A DNA stretch of 24,000 nucleotides from Chloroflexota bacterium (GTDB lineage Bacteria; Chloroflexota; Anaerolineae; Promineifilales; Promineifilaceae): contig JAACFF010000016.1 of NCBI GenBank assembly GCA_009937635.1, positions 7,932 to 31,931 of the forward strand. The letters are read 5' to 3'. Numbering within the stretch: the stretch's first letter is position 1; every line of letters begins with the position of its first letter. Below the pieces are notes generated by a model that was not told the DNA's origin, made no database searches, and was given only the letters and a program-made list of their open reading frames with translations. Shown here piece after piece: positions 1 through 8,209 of this stretch. A program made the translations under genes and the position numbers.

Positions 1-951
1 CTGTGGGATGCAGAGACGGGCACCTTGTTACATGCCATACCCGGCCCAAGAGATCGGGTGCATTTCCCCGCCTTTAGCCAGGACGGCCGGAAATTGGCCG
101 CGGCCAATCAAGATGACGGCCTCACCCTTTGGGAGACCGACACAGGACTGGAACTGCTTTCTCTGGCAAGTGATGCGCCGGTTGCAGCGGTCAGTTTTAA
201 TGAAGACGGCACAAAAATAATCGCCGGTGGTGAAGAGGGTATGATCCATGGTTGGAACGCTCTCACCGGGGAGCGCTTATTTGACCTCGACGCGGGTGAG
301 GAGACAATCATGAAAGTGCGCTTTGTTCACCCGGGTGTGATTAATGCCTGGGATCAGAGTGGCTTGGTAACCGCCTGGGATGCGTCAACGGGCAGTTATT
401 TGGGAGAGCTTCAATGTCCAAACGAGGTTCAAATCGACGCCGATATCTCCGCAGATGGGCGGCTAATTGCCGTAGCCTGCAACCAGGTTTTCCTCGCCGA
501 GGTAGTAGATGTGCCCAAGGCGGGCGAGTATCTTTACAATTTGGCTAACAATGATATGGGGGAACCGACCGGCGTCGCTTTTAATCCCGACGGGTCGATC
601 CTGGCTACCGTCGATTCCGTTGGTTTGGTCTCTCTCTGGGATACGGAAACGGGTAAGCGGCGCAGAAGGGTATCCGGGCCGCAAGCTTATCTTGGGAAAA
701 CGATGCACCAGGGCGGCCGTGGTGGTTACGGTACGACGTTTTTAGATTCGACTGGTTGGCGGCCTTTGAGTGGGGTAGATATCAGTCCGGACGGCCGTTA
801 CCTGGCCACCGCCGGCTCAGAAGGAACGATCAACGTCTACATCTTGCCTCTCGACGATCTGATCAGTGCCATCCGCTCTCGTCTCTCGCGCGATTTAAGC
901 GATGCCGAGTGCCAGACCTACTTGAATTTGCCCGAATGCCTGCGGGAGTAA
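1..951 (+). CDS. WD40-repeat protein, C-terminal portion (5' end lies beyond the left edge)
   Basis: Frame 1 is open from nt 1 (LWDAETGTLLHAIPG precedes the first Met of ORF 25..951). It shows repeated WD40 blade endings (LTLWETDTG, IHGWNALTG, VTAWDASTG, VSLWDTETG) and SPDGRYLATAG-type strands. Stop TAA at 949-951. Confidence 0.85.
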   Translation: MWDAETGTLLHAIPGPRDRVHFPAFSQDGRKLAAANQDDGLTLWETDTGLELLSLASDAPVAAVSFNEDGTKIIAGGEEGMIHGWNALTGERLFDLDAGEETIMKVRFVHPGVINAWDQSGLVTAWDASTGSYLGELQCPNEVQIDADISADGRLIAVACNQVFLAEVVDVPKAGEYLYNLANNDMGEPTGVAFNPDGSILATVDSVGLVSLWDTETGKRRRRVSGPQAYLGKTMHQGGRGGYGTTFLDSTGWRPLSGVDISPDGRYLATAGSEGTINVYILPLDDLISAIRSRLSRDLSDAECQTYLNLPECLRE

Positions 952-976
952 AGAGCACTTCAAGAAAGCGCGCACG

Positions 977-1321
977 ATAGCTTCACTTTCTTCCGCGGAT
1001 ACTTCGTTGGCTACAGCCGCCGTGGATGGGACAGTGGCTGTATGGGATGCAGCCAGCGGCGAATCATTGCTAAACCTCCCCGGTTATCGTGAAGAGGTGT
1101 TTTTTCCGGCCTACAGTCCCGACAGCGAGCAGTTAGTCGCCACCAACCGGGAAGGGGGTATTACTGTATGGAATGTCGAATCAGGGAGTGAATTGTTGGC
1201 CCTGGATCGGGGAGATTTTCCCGTTGTTTCCGCTGCCTTCAGCCCCGATGGATCGCAACTTGCCACCGCGGGTTGGGGAGGTGAAGCCAATATTTGGGAT
1301 GTGGCCAGCGGAGAACGATGA
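977..1321 (+). pseudogene. WD40-repeat gene remnant with no N-terminus, ending mid-repeat
   Basis: WD40 similarity (SADTSLATAAVDGTVAVWDAASGE, GGITVWNVESGSE, FSPDGSQLATAG, ANIWDVASGE) begins right after the upstream gene's stop, with only a TTG at 1007. It stops at TGA 1319-1321 in the middle of a blade. Weak WD-like similarity (SFTPPGVTATCAS) continues in another frame to about 1480, suggesting frameshift decay. Confidence 0.6.
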
Positions 1322-1624
1322 ACGAACTGCAACTTATTCCCTCCACAGTCGTTGCCAGTTGGATGCAAGATCTTTTACGCCGCCTGGGGTCACGGCGACA
1401 TGCGCGAGCACCACAAGTGGTGGTTCCGCCACCTGCCGCACGTCAGCGGGTCATCTACGGGCATCGCCTACAATTGGTGGCAGTATATTCTTGACCCCAA
1501 TCTCGTATAAAACTCATTGATATTCCCCCGACAAACAAGGGTAGTCCAATGCAATTGGCGCACAGCATGGCATTTCCAACCTTGGAAAAGCTCTGCATGT
1601 ATCGCTGCCCTTCCGAGGCTATTG

Positions 1625-1667
1625 TAGTCAGATAGTCGAATAGTTGAGTAGTCAAACCCTAGACTAT
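1625..1667. repeat. Four tandem 8-nt units TAGTCNNA plus one inverted copy
   Basis: The units are tagtcaga (1625-1632), tagtcgaa (1633-1640), tagttgag (1641-1648) and tagtcaaa (1649-1656). After ccc comes tagactat, which contains the inverted core gacta. The array sits in the non-coding gap between the WD40 remnant and the 3' end of the methyltransferase gene. Confidence 0.5.
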
Positions 1668-1688
1668 TTACTTGCCCCTCGCCCTTCG

Positions 1689-2225
1689 CTACTCACCACT
1701 TTTAAAACTAACGGCCGAATAGATTTGATGCAGGAAGCGGCTGGGCCTGGTCTCCAGAAGGCGGGTGTCGACAAAGCCATTTTGCCTGGCAAGCTTTTCC
1801 CAAGTTGGATAGGACAAGGGGTGGGGGACCCAGAAGTTGCCGCGATCGACATTGTATTCAACCAAAATCAAACGCCCTCCTGGCCGGAGATAATTGTAGA
1901 TCAGTTGCAAAACTCCATCTTTATGCCGCTGGAAATGCAAGGCATTGGCTATTACCACGCCATCGAGAATGGGTAGGTCAAGCGGGCGCGTAAAGTCGGC
2001 CGTAAAGGGTTGCAAATTGGTGCCTGGAAAGCGATCGCGCACCTCCCGTTCCTGGCGCTGCAGGGCGCTTTTCTTTTTGTCAATGGAATAAATATGTGCA
2101 GTCGGACCGAGCAGTTCGGCCAGAGCCAACGTAAAAGCACCGCTCCCCGATCCTAGATCCGCCCAGATGCCACCCGGGTCAGTGATTCCATCTCGTAAAA
2201 GGGCGACGTGATCGCTGTGGTTCAT
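1689..2225 (-). CDS. Class I SAM-dependent methyltransferase
   Basis: 178-aa ORF with ATG start. Motif I is ADLGSGSGAFTLALAE, an acidic residue ends beta-2 (IYSIDKK), and the post-I/II pattern is LRPGGRLILVEY. Confidence 0.85.
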   Translation of the reverse strand: MNHSDHVALLRDGITDPGGIWADLGSGSGAFTLALAELLGPTAHIYSIDKKKSALQRQEREVRDRFPGTNLQPFTADFTRPLDLPILDGVVIANALHFQRHKDGVLQLIYNYLRPGGRLILVEYNVDRGNFWVPHPLSYPTWEKLARQNGFVDTRLLETRPSRFLHQIYSAVSFKSGE

Positions 2226-2327
2226 AGGCCAACGTGGCGGTTCTGCGTACAGATCAAAGAAAGGGTACCCAGTGAATATCTGAAATACTTACTGTAAACA
2301 AGTTGATAGACAGTTACGAAGAGAATA

Positions 2328-2465
2328 TTATACAGTATCATGCTCGACGAAACCGGATTCAAGAACACCCAGTTTCACACCTCGGCCAAATGGGCGGGCA
2401 CGAGCCTGGTGACGGCCGTGAAGGGAAATAATCATAAACAAAACAATTAATAAGCGGTGCGCCAT
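2328..2465 (-). CDS. Candidate small protein (45 aa) with hydrophobic N-terminus
   Basis: Not in the supplied ORF track (<60 aa). ATG at 2463-2465 is preceded by GAGGAG with a 5-nt spacer. It translates to MAHRLLIVLFMIISLHGRHQARARPFGRGVKLGVLESGFVEHDTV with TAA at 2328-2330. It shares the strand of its neighbours. No recognisable family. Confidence 0.3.
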   Translation of the reverse strand: MAHRLLIVLFMIISLHGRHQARARPFGRGVKLGVLESGFVEHDTV

Positions 2466-2581
2466 GCCCGCTCCTCGTTTAAGCCTTCATCGATCTTTTT
2501 AATCTCTCCGCCACCTCAGGGCAAGTTCTTGTGCACACCCTTTCAAGTTAAGGGGCCATGATCACATTCACAGTCTGCACC

Positions 2582-3100
2582 TCATCCAAGATTCAGGCGC
2601 AAAATGTCGTTCATCCGAAATCCAAAATCAAATGATCCGATTACCAATCCGATATTGATCGCCGCATTCACTATTGCGGGCAGGCGTCGTTGGTTGAAAA
2701 CTTTTTGCAGATGCTGGCTGGCTACTGCCAGTGCGCCAAATGACAAGAAAGTAAACGGAAGCGGGAAAGAGTAGCGGCCAGTGATTAGTGAAAAGAGAAG
2801 ATTGTGTAGCACTCCATTCACAAAGAAAACCACGACTGCTGCCAGCTCCCTTTTCCGCCTCCCACCCAGAAGTAGATAAAATCGAAAACAGAAGTAGCTG
2901 ATCCCTGGATTCCAAACCCGCCAGAAATTGTGGAAACCTGGTTCTAGCCAGCAGGTCAGAAATCCGCGCTTTACGAAAAACCAGTCGTTAACATGATCTT
3001 CAAACCCGCGAAGCCTTAGATATCCCGTGTAGTCAACAATAAACAACTTATGGGAGGTGCTTAAGCGGGTTTTTGTATCATCGAGAAGGCTCCGACCCAT
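2582..3100 (-). CDS. MBOAT_2-like (wax-synthase-type) membrane acyltransferase domain protein, unusually short
   Basis: 172 aa and hydrophobic. It has the FWRVWN motif followed by the conserved His context VNGVLHNLLF, typical of the MBOAT_2 domain. Only about 60 aa precede the motif, so it may be N-terminally truncated. It lies 24 nt downstream of the hydrolase gene. Confidence 0.6.
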   Translation of the reverse strand: MGRSLLDDTKTRLSTSHKLFIVDYTGYLRLRGFEDHVNDWFFVKRGFLTCWLEPGFHNFWRVWNPGISYFCFRFYLLLGGRRKRELAAVVVFFVNGVLHNLLFSLITGRYSFPLPFTFLSFGALAVASQHLQKVFNQRRLPAIVNAAINIGLVIGSFDFGFRMNDILRLNLG

Positions 3101-3124
3101 TAGCTTATCCGCTCCATACCAGAC

Positions 3125-3994
3125 TTACGGCGCCATTTCAAGAATCGCATCAATCGCCACTTGGGGCGCATCCAGGTGAATGTGATGGCTACTACCTTCT
3201 GCCAGGATAAATTTGCCTGACTCAGATTTGCCGGACAACATCTGGCTCTCTTCATTCCAAAATTGACGAAATGCTGGTGCATATTCGCCGAACCCAGGTT
3301 CTGGCTCTGTCGCTCCAATCACAGATAAAGGGAGCTCGCCGAAGGTACTGATCTCAGCAACTCTATCGGCCGTCCGTCCGAAAAATTGCTCATTCTCTGA
3401 TGCGATAGCGTTCAAGAATGGTGCACTTGCTCTGATTTCTGGATCCGAGGATGCACGCGCCGCATCTGCTGCGTCCCGCAGAGCTAGCATTTCTTGATTA
3501 AATAGCTCGCGAAGTTCAGGAAATCCCTCGCCCATCATCCACGCAAGCGGAGGAGGATCCAGTAAGACCAACCCCGTTACCTCTTCCGGGTTACTGTGGG
3601 CATATACTTGCATATTCAACGCTCCCAGAGAATGCCCAACTAGAAGAAAGGGGCCGTCCTCGCCCGAGTTTGCCAGCAGCAGATGCAATTCATCTGCTGC
3701 TCTCTGGCTATCACGCGGCATCGGACCAGGTTCACTTTGACCATACCCGGCCCGGTCATATGCGCAAACCCTGGTTTCATGACCAAGCGACTCGATGAAT
3801 GCTGCCCAGCCTTCGGTGTTCTCGCCTAAGCCCGTATCAATCACAATCGTCGGTTTTCCTGTTCCAGCACAATGAATGAAGAGGCTATGTGTTCCAATAT
3901 CTACCAGTTCATCACGCGACGCTTCAGACAAAGGACTGCAATTCACTAATAACAGTAGCAATATGGAGACAAAAATTGTCGATCTCTTGTTCAT
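3125..3994 (-). CDS. Secreted alpha/beta-fold hydrolase
   Basis: 289 aa with an N-terminal signal-like segment MNKRSTIFVSILLLLLVNCS. It has the nucleophile elbow GHSLGA, an HG-type oxyanion region (IVIDTGLG) and a C-terminal SSHHIH catalytic His region. It is a paralogue of ORF 16946..17959. Confidence 0.85.
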   Translation of the reverse strand: MNKRSTIFVSILLLLLVNCSPLSEASRDELVDIGTHSLFIHCAGTGKPTIVIDTGLGENTEGWAAFIESLGHETRVCAYDRAGYGQSEPGPMPRDSQRAADELHLLLANSGEDGPFLLVGHSLGALNMQVYAHSNPEEVTGLVLLDPPPLAWMMGEGFPELRELFNQEMLALRDAADAARASSDPEIRASAPFLNAIASENEQFFGRTADRVAEISTFGELPLSVIGATEPEPGFGEYAPAFRQFWNEESQMLSGKSESGKFILAEGSSHHIHLDAPQVAIDAILEMAP

Positions 3995-4014
3995 CTTTAT
4001 AGGCTCCCGTATAA

Positions 4015-4254
4015 CTATGATATTTGGTCGTTCCTTTCGAGTTGTTCAACAGAAAGCAAGGGCAAGTTTAAATCTCGAATCTTGGTCAGCAAGCCATGTA
4101 GACTAGGCCGATCCTGTACGGCACCAGTTAATACCGTATTGCCATCTTCACAGGTTAACTCAAGATCCATGAACCATTCTGACCATTTCTGATCTAGATG
4201 GCCTTTTACCCTGATGCGGTAACGTTTCTCCGCGCTCTGCTGTTTAGAGTTCAT
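4015..4254 (-). CDS. Small conserved hypothetical protein (79 aa)
   Basis: The pattern YRIRVKGHLD..WSEWF....L....G.T.LTG.V.D...LHGLL.KIRDL.LPLLSV matches a recurrent uncharacterised small-protein family I recall from Actinobacteria and Chloroflexi genomes. GGGAG lies upstream of the next gene, 20 nt downstream, indicating an operon. Confidence 0.7.
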   Translation of the reverse strand: MNSKQQSAEKRYRIRVKGHLDQKWSEWFMDLELTCEDGNTVLTGAVQDRPSLHGLLTKIRDLNLPLLSVEQLERNDQIS

Positions 4255-4433
4255 TTATCGAATTCCAGGGTTTCTTTTACCTAGATGATAGAAGTGGAAC
4301 CTTCAGAAGTCATCCCCTAAATAGGGTATTTGCGGGAGCTTATTTTGACTTCTGGTGTAAATCCCTCTATGGCACTGTGGAGAGTTTAGATTTGGGGTAG
4401 GGTGAGAAGGAGATATCTAGGAAGAAACCAAAT

Positions 4434-7109
4434 TCATACTAGTTTCAAATCCCTTGCCCGATCAATGGCTTCTAAACGCCGGTGGACGTTTAGTTTTTGG
4501 TAAATATGTTTGATATGGGTGCGTGCGGTGCTTACGGCAATGAATAGTTCCGTAGCGATTTCATTGCTTGACAAACCAGCTACCAGAAGCCGCAGCACCT
4601 GTAGTTCGCGTTCGCTCAAGGGCTCCACCAAAGATGATGCATGCGGCGCTTCTGACTTTTGATGGCGCTTGTTTCTTTGTTCCAAAGTTGCCAGCAATCC
4701 CCCGATATATTCCGGGAAAAGCCCTTGTACGGCCATCGTCCGCAACAGTTCTCCTACAGGTAGGCCTTCACGAATAAACGTGTTTACAAACCCATGGGGT
4801 TCGGCTAGTCTAAGCGCCTGCTTCATTGAGCGTATAGCGTCAGACTTGTTGCCTTGTCGATTGGAGAGTAAAGATCGGGCGACATGAATCTCGATCACCC
4901 TTCCCATGGCGCCGGCATTGTGGGCAATTTCCAGCAGCGTGTCCAACAGATGGATAGCTTGGTCAAAATCCTTTCTGGCATCGAGAACTCGTGCGAGTGC
5001 GAGGTAATATTGCAGATTCTGGAAGCATATATCATCGGCTGCGCTTAAACTCATTTCTTCAATATGCTGCATAGCACGCTGGATATCTTCCTCCGCCAGG
5101 TGCAGCTGGATTGCTAACAAGGCCCCATCAAGGCGGGCCCAAGAGGTCACACCGGCAGCGACTTCTCTGGCCTTTTGTATGGCTTCTCCAGCCCTTTTAT
5201 GATCCTGGGTCGCCAAAAGAGTGTTGACGTAGAAGTAGAGGCCATCCAGAATAGCGTTGGCATTTCCCCACCTTTCACTCAGGTCAAGCCCGGTCCGTGC
5301 ATGATATATGGCGGCATCCAGATCGTTCCACTCCAATAATACGCCGCTCAGAAAGGAATGAAGCAATCCTAATGCTGGGGGTTTCCAACCCCCTCTGCGA
5401 GTAGGCCTTTCAGCATCGTCCAGAATCTCCCGGAATACGGCGTAGGCATCTTGCAATTCCCCGCGCAGAGTTAAAGCATATCCTTTGAAGCACGCAGCAT
5501 AAATAGAGGCGAAATTGTCGCCAGATTTCCTGCTGACCTCCTGCGCTTCTGAGTAGGCTTTGATCGCCGCAAGTAGATCTCCCTCCCATCGATATGCCAG
5601 CCCCAATATCATCAAGGCTAGACCCCTGGTCATATAGTCTTCATCTGGCAAGTTCGCGAGCCCTTCTTGCGCATATTGCAGGACGTGAGTCTGATCGCTT
5701 CTAAATGCTGCAATGCCGCTGCGGATAGTCGCGATCTGACCTGCAATATGTCTGTTCATAGAGGAATTAGAGAGGACGATTTCGGCATTTTGTAATTGTG
5801 CTTCGGCAGCATCCAGTTGGCCGGTAAACAAGGAGATCCACGCCTGGGCGACACTGAGCCTGGGGTGGGAATTGAAATAATTTTCGGGCAACCTGTCTAG
5901 CCAGGCGACAACCGTCTGAATCTCACCATAACTGATTAGGTTGATAGCTCTGCTCTCTATCAGGCTGGCCGTGCGATCAAGATCACCAACTGTGAATGCG
6001 TGGTTGATGGCTTCGTGGGGTAATTCATGGGCTTCAAACCAATAACTGGCGCGTTGATGAAAAAGATGTAAGTCCTCGGAATAAGCTCTTTTGAACCTCG
6101 CCCGAAGCAAATCGGCGAAGAGAGGGTGGTAGCGAAACCACTCCCTGTTGTCGTCCAAGGGGGTGATGAACAAGTTGTTTTGCTCTAATTCGATGAGTAA
6201 CTGGTAACAATTATCCATGCCCGTCACTGCCTGGCATAGAGAAGCGGTTAAGGCATCGAGAATGGATGTCTGTAGCAGGAAATCTTGAATGTTTCTTGAT
6301 TGCCTTTGTAGCACTTCCTCCATCAAGTAATCGGCGATATACCGGTTGTCGCCTGCCAAATTGGCAATAAAAGTATGTTTGTCCATTTGGTCGCGCATGG
6401 ATAGAGCTGCAAGCTGCAAGCCGACGATCCAACCCTCGGTGCACTTGTCTAAAAGTTCAATATCATCTTTTGAGAGATCGAGTCCCATTGACCTGTTCAT
6501 GAAAGCTTCTATTTCTTCTGGAGTAAAGCGTAGGTCCGCCGTGCGAAGTTCGTTTAATTCCCCTTGCCCCCGCAGGCTGCCAAACGGCAAAGGAGGATCT
6601 GCCCGGGTAGCGATGATAAGGTGCATTTGTTGGGGTAGATGGTTAATTATAAAGATCAAGTCATCGTGGATTGTTTTCCCGCCAATCGCGTGATAATCAT
6701 CTAGAACCAGCGTGAAGGAAGAAACAGCCTCCGCTATTTCGTTAATCAGGCCTGACAATAACAGTTGTATTGGCGGCGCTTGTGGGGATTTCAGGCCAGC
6801 AACTGCCGTTGCGCCAAAACCAGGTTGGAGTGCATCAAGGGCAGCGACGACATGAGTCCAGAACCGGGTTGAATCGTTATCGCCACTATCTAGAGTAAGC
6901 CAGGCAACTGGCCAATCACAGTTTCCCGCCCAATCACAAAGAATGGCTGTTTTGCCAAAACCTGCAGGAGCGGAGACGAGCGTGAGCTTGCCATTCAGCC
7001 CGGCTTTCAACTTTTCGATGAGGCGCGGGCGCTGGATGAAAGTCGGCCGCAACCGTGGAATATGCAATTTAGTTTGAAGGAGTACATCGTCCACATAAGC
7101 ATTATACAA
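4434..7109 (-). CDS. LAL/MalT-type large ATP-binding LuxR-family transcriptional regulator
   Basis: 891 aa. N-terminal LLQTKLHIPRLR...RPRL is followed by Walker A SAPAGFGKT and Walker B-like LVLDDYH. The middle is long and TPR-like helical. The C-terminal LuxR HTH is LSERELQVLRLLVAGLSSNEIATELFIAVSTARTHIKHIYQKLNV. Confidence 0.9.
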   Translation of the reverse strand: MYNAYVDDVLLQTKLHIPRLRPTFIQRPRLIEKLKAGLNGKLTLVSAPAGFGKTAILCDWAGNCDWPVAWLTLDSGDNDSTRFWTHVVAALDALQPGFGATAVAGLKSPQAPPIQLLLSGLINEIAEAVSSFTLVLDDYHAIGGKTIHDDLIFIINHLPQQMHLIIATRADPPLPFGSLRGQGELNELRTADLRFTPEEIEAFMNRSMGLDLSKDDIELLDKCTEGWIVGLQLAALSMRDQMDKHTFIANLAGDNRYIADYLMEEVLQRQSRNIQDFLLQTSILDALTASLCQAVTGMDNCYQLLIELEQNNLFITPLDDNREWFRYHPLFADLLRARFKRAYSEDLHLFHQRASYWFEAHELPHEAINHAFTVGDLDRTASLIESRAINLISYGEIQTVVAWLDRLPENYFNSHPRLSVAQAWISLFTGQLDAAEAQLQNAEIVLSNSSMNRHIAGQIATIRSGIAAFRSDQTHVLQYAQEGLANLPDEDYMTRGLALMILGLAYRWEGDLLAAIKAYSEAQEVSRKSGDNFASIYAACFKGYALTLRGELQDAYAVFREILDDAERPTRRGGWKPPALGLLHSFLSGVLLEWNDLDAAIYHARTGLDLSERWGNANAILDGLYFYVNTLLATQDHKRAGEAIQKAREVAAGVTSWARLDGALLAIQLHLAEEDIQRAMQHIEEMSLSAADDICFQNLQYYLALARVLDARKDFDQAIHLLDTLLEIAHNAGAMGRVIEIHVARSLLSNRQGNKSDAIRSMKQALRLAEPHGFVNTFIREGLPVGELLRTMAVQGLFPEYIGGLLATLEQRNKRHQKSEAPHASSLVEPLSERELQVLRLLVAGLSSNEIATELFIAVSTARTHIKHIYQKLNVHRRLEAIDRARDLKLV

Positions 7110-7200
7110 GGAAAAATAAGTTGACAGATTCAGTTAGAGAACCGGCTTAAAGGGTACGGGCCATAAAGTTGTTTTGACGGCAAGCGAATGTTAAGATGGG

Positions 7201-7416
7201 ATGCCAATGAACAGCTATCGCAATATCTTGCTGATTGAAGATGATCCGGCCGTCGCGCGCAGTTTGATTGATGGGCTAGAACAAGCCAACTTTCAGGTTA
7301 CGTGGCAAGAAAACGGCCGTGACGGCATCGCCTATGCCCACGATCGCCGCCCTCACCTGATTACCCTCGACGTGTGCCTGCCGAAGTCCTCTCCAACGCT
7401 GACGTCTGCGTGCTAG
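7201..7416 (+). pseudogene. Response-regulator receiver domain fragment (N-terminal ~60 aa only)
   Basis: NILLIEDDPAVARSLIDGLEQANFQVTWQENGRDGIAYAHDRRPHLITLDVCLP is a receiver domain running up to the phospho-Asp strand. Similarity is then lost (KSSPTLTSAC, stop). There is no alpha4-beta5 region and no output domain. Confidence 0.7.
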
Positions 7417-8138
7417 GACAGAAAACGGCCGGGCAGTTATTTTGCGGTGACAATCTGCTGCAAGAAATCGTGTGGGTCAACCAGCGTAAATGCCTGGTCA
7501 TTGGCGTACTGACTGAGTTGGAAGTGACCAATCCCGCTCTACGCAACCAGCTTCGCCCCAACGAAGCCTTCTATTTGCCCATCAGTACCGCGATCAATAA
7601 CCTGTTCGATGAGCCGTCGTCGGTGCAAATCACGGCCCACGTCACAGATGAAAGCCGTATGGTCGAGGCACGCTGCCAGATCGTCGACTATCTGCGCTTG
7701 CGTCATGCCATTGGCAAAGATGAAGTTGGCCAATGGGAGGATGACATTGAATTGACGGCACGCCAGGACATATTGGGGGCCCAGCAGCAGGCAGCCCGCA
7801 CCTTCTCATTTCTGCTGGCGGCAATGGCTGCGGTCTCCTTATTGGTAGGCGGGATTGGCATTCTGAACGTGATGCTGGTTAGCGTCGTCGAGCGCACGCG
7901 CGAGATTGGGGTGCTCCTGGCCGTCGGCGCCCGGTCGCAGGACATAGTCACCCAGTTTTCGCTGGAGGCAATACTCATCAGTGGCTTTGGTGGCCTGCTG
8001 GGCGTTGCCGTAGGCGTATTGAGCATTCCGTTGGTGGTCAATTTCAACCAGGGCGTGGCGCTGCTGGCGCCGGGTAGCATCCCCCTGGCTTTGGGCATTG
8101 CTCCGCCCAGCGTGTTGTCAGCCACTAGAAATCGTTGA
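7374..8138 (+). pseudogene. MacB/FtsX-type ABC transporter permease, 3' fragment with decayed C-terminus
   Basis: It starts inside the periplasmic domain (ADVCVLGQKTAGQLF) and lacks TM1. The FtsX core is SLLVGGIGILNVMLVSVVERTREIGVLLAVGARSQDIV. The expected C-terminal YPA..AA.L.P.EAL signature appears only in other frames (SAQRVVSH; LNTPAEAIEM near 8166-8195), implying frameshifts. No ATPase gene is adjacent. Confidence 0.75.
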
Positions 8139-8209
8139 TGAGCTTTTACTCTATGTCGGTATTCAGCTAAATACTCCAGCTGAAGCAATTGAAATGTGGT
8201 TACCACAGA

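Noticed and set aside
2031-2038. Cyanobacterial HIP1 octamer GCGATCGC
   Set aside because: I found only one exact copy, so it is not the iterated palindrome of this genome. The enriched octamer is ACGGCCGT.
3098-3127. Hydrolase and MBOAT_2-like ORFs are in the same frame, separated by one TAA and 8 sense codons; considered as stop-codon read-through or a split fusion
   Set aside because: Same-frame adjacency has a one-in-three chance. TAA is a strong stop and the linker shows no similarity to either family. No evidence supports read-through.
8162-8184. Hairpin TTCAGCT-N9-AGCTGAA between the convergent kinase and permease-fragment ends, considered as a bidirectional terminator
   Set aside because: The stem is only 7 bp and AT-rich, the loop is 9 nt, and there is no flanking U/T tract on either strand.
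7703-8206. 167-aa minus-strand ORF antisense to the permease fragment
   Set aside because: It is the mirror frame of recognisable FtsX-domain coding sequence. It is Pro/Ser/Thr/Ala-rich with low complexity and has no motif I recognise.
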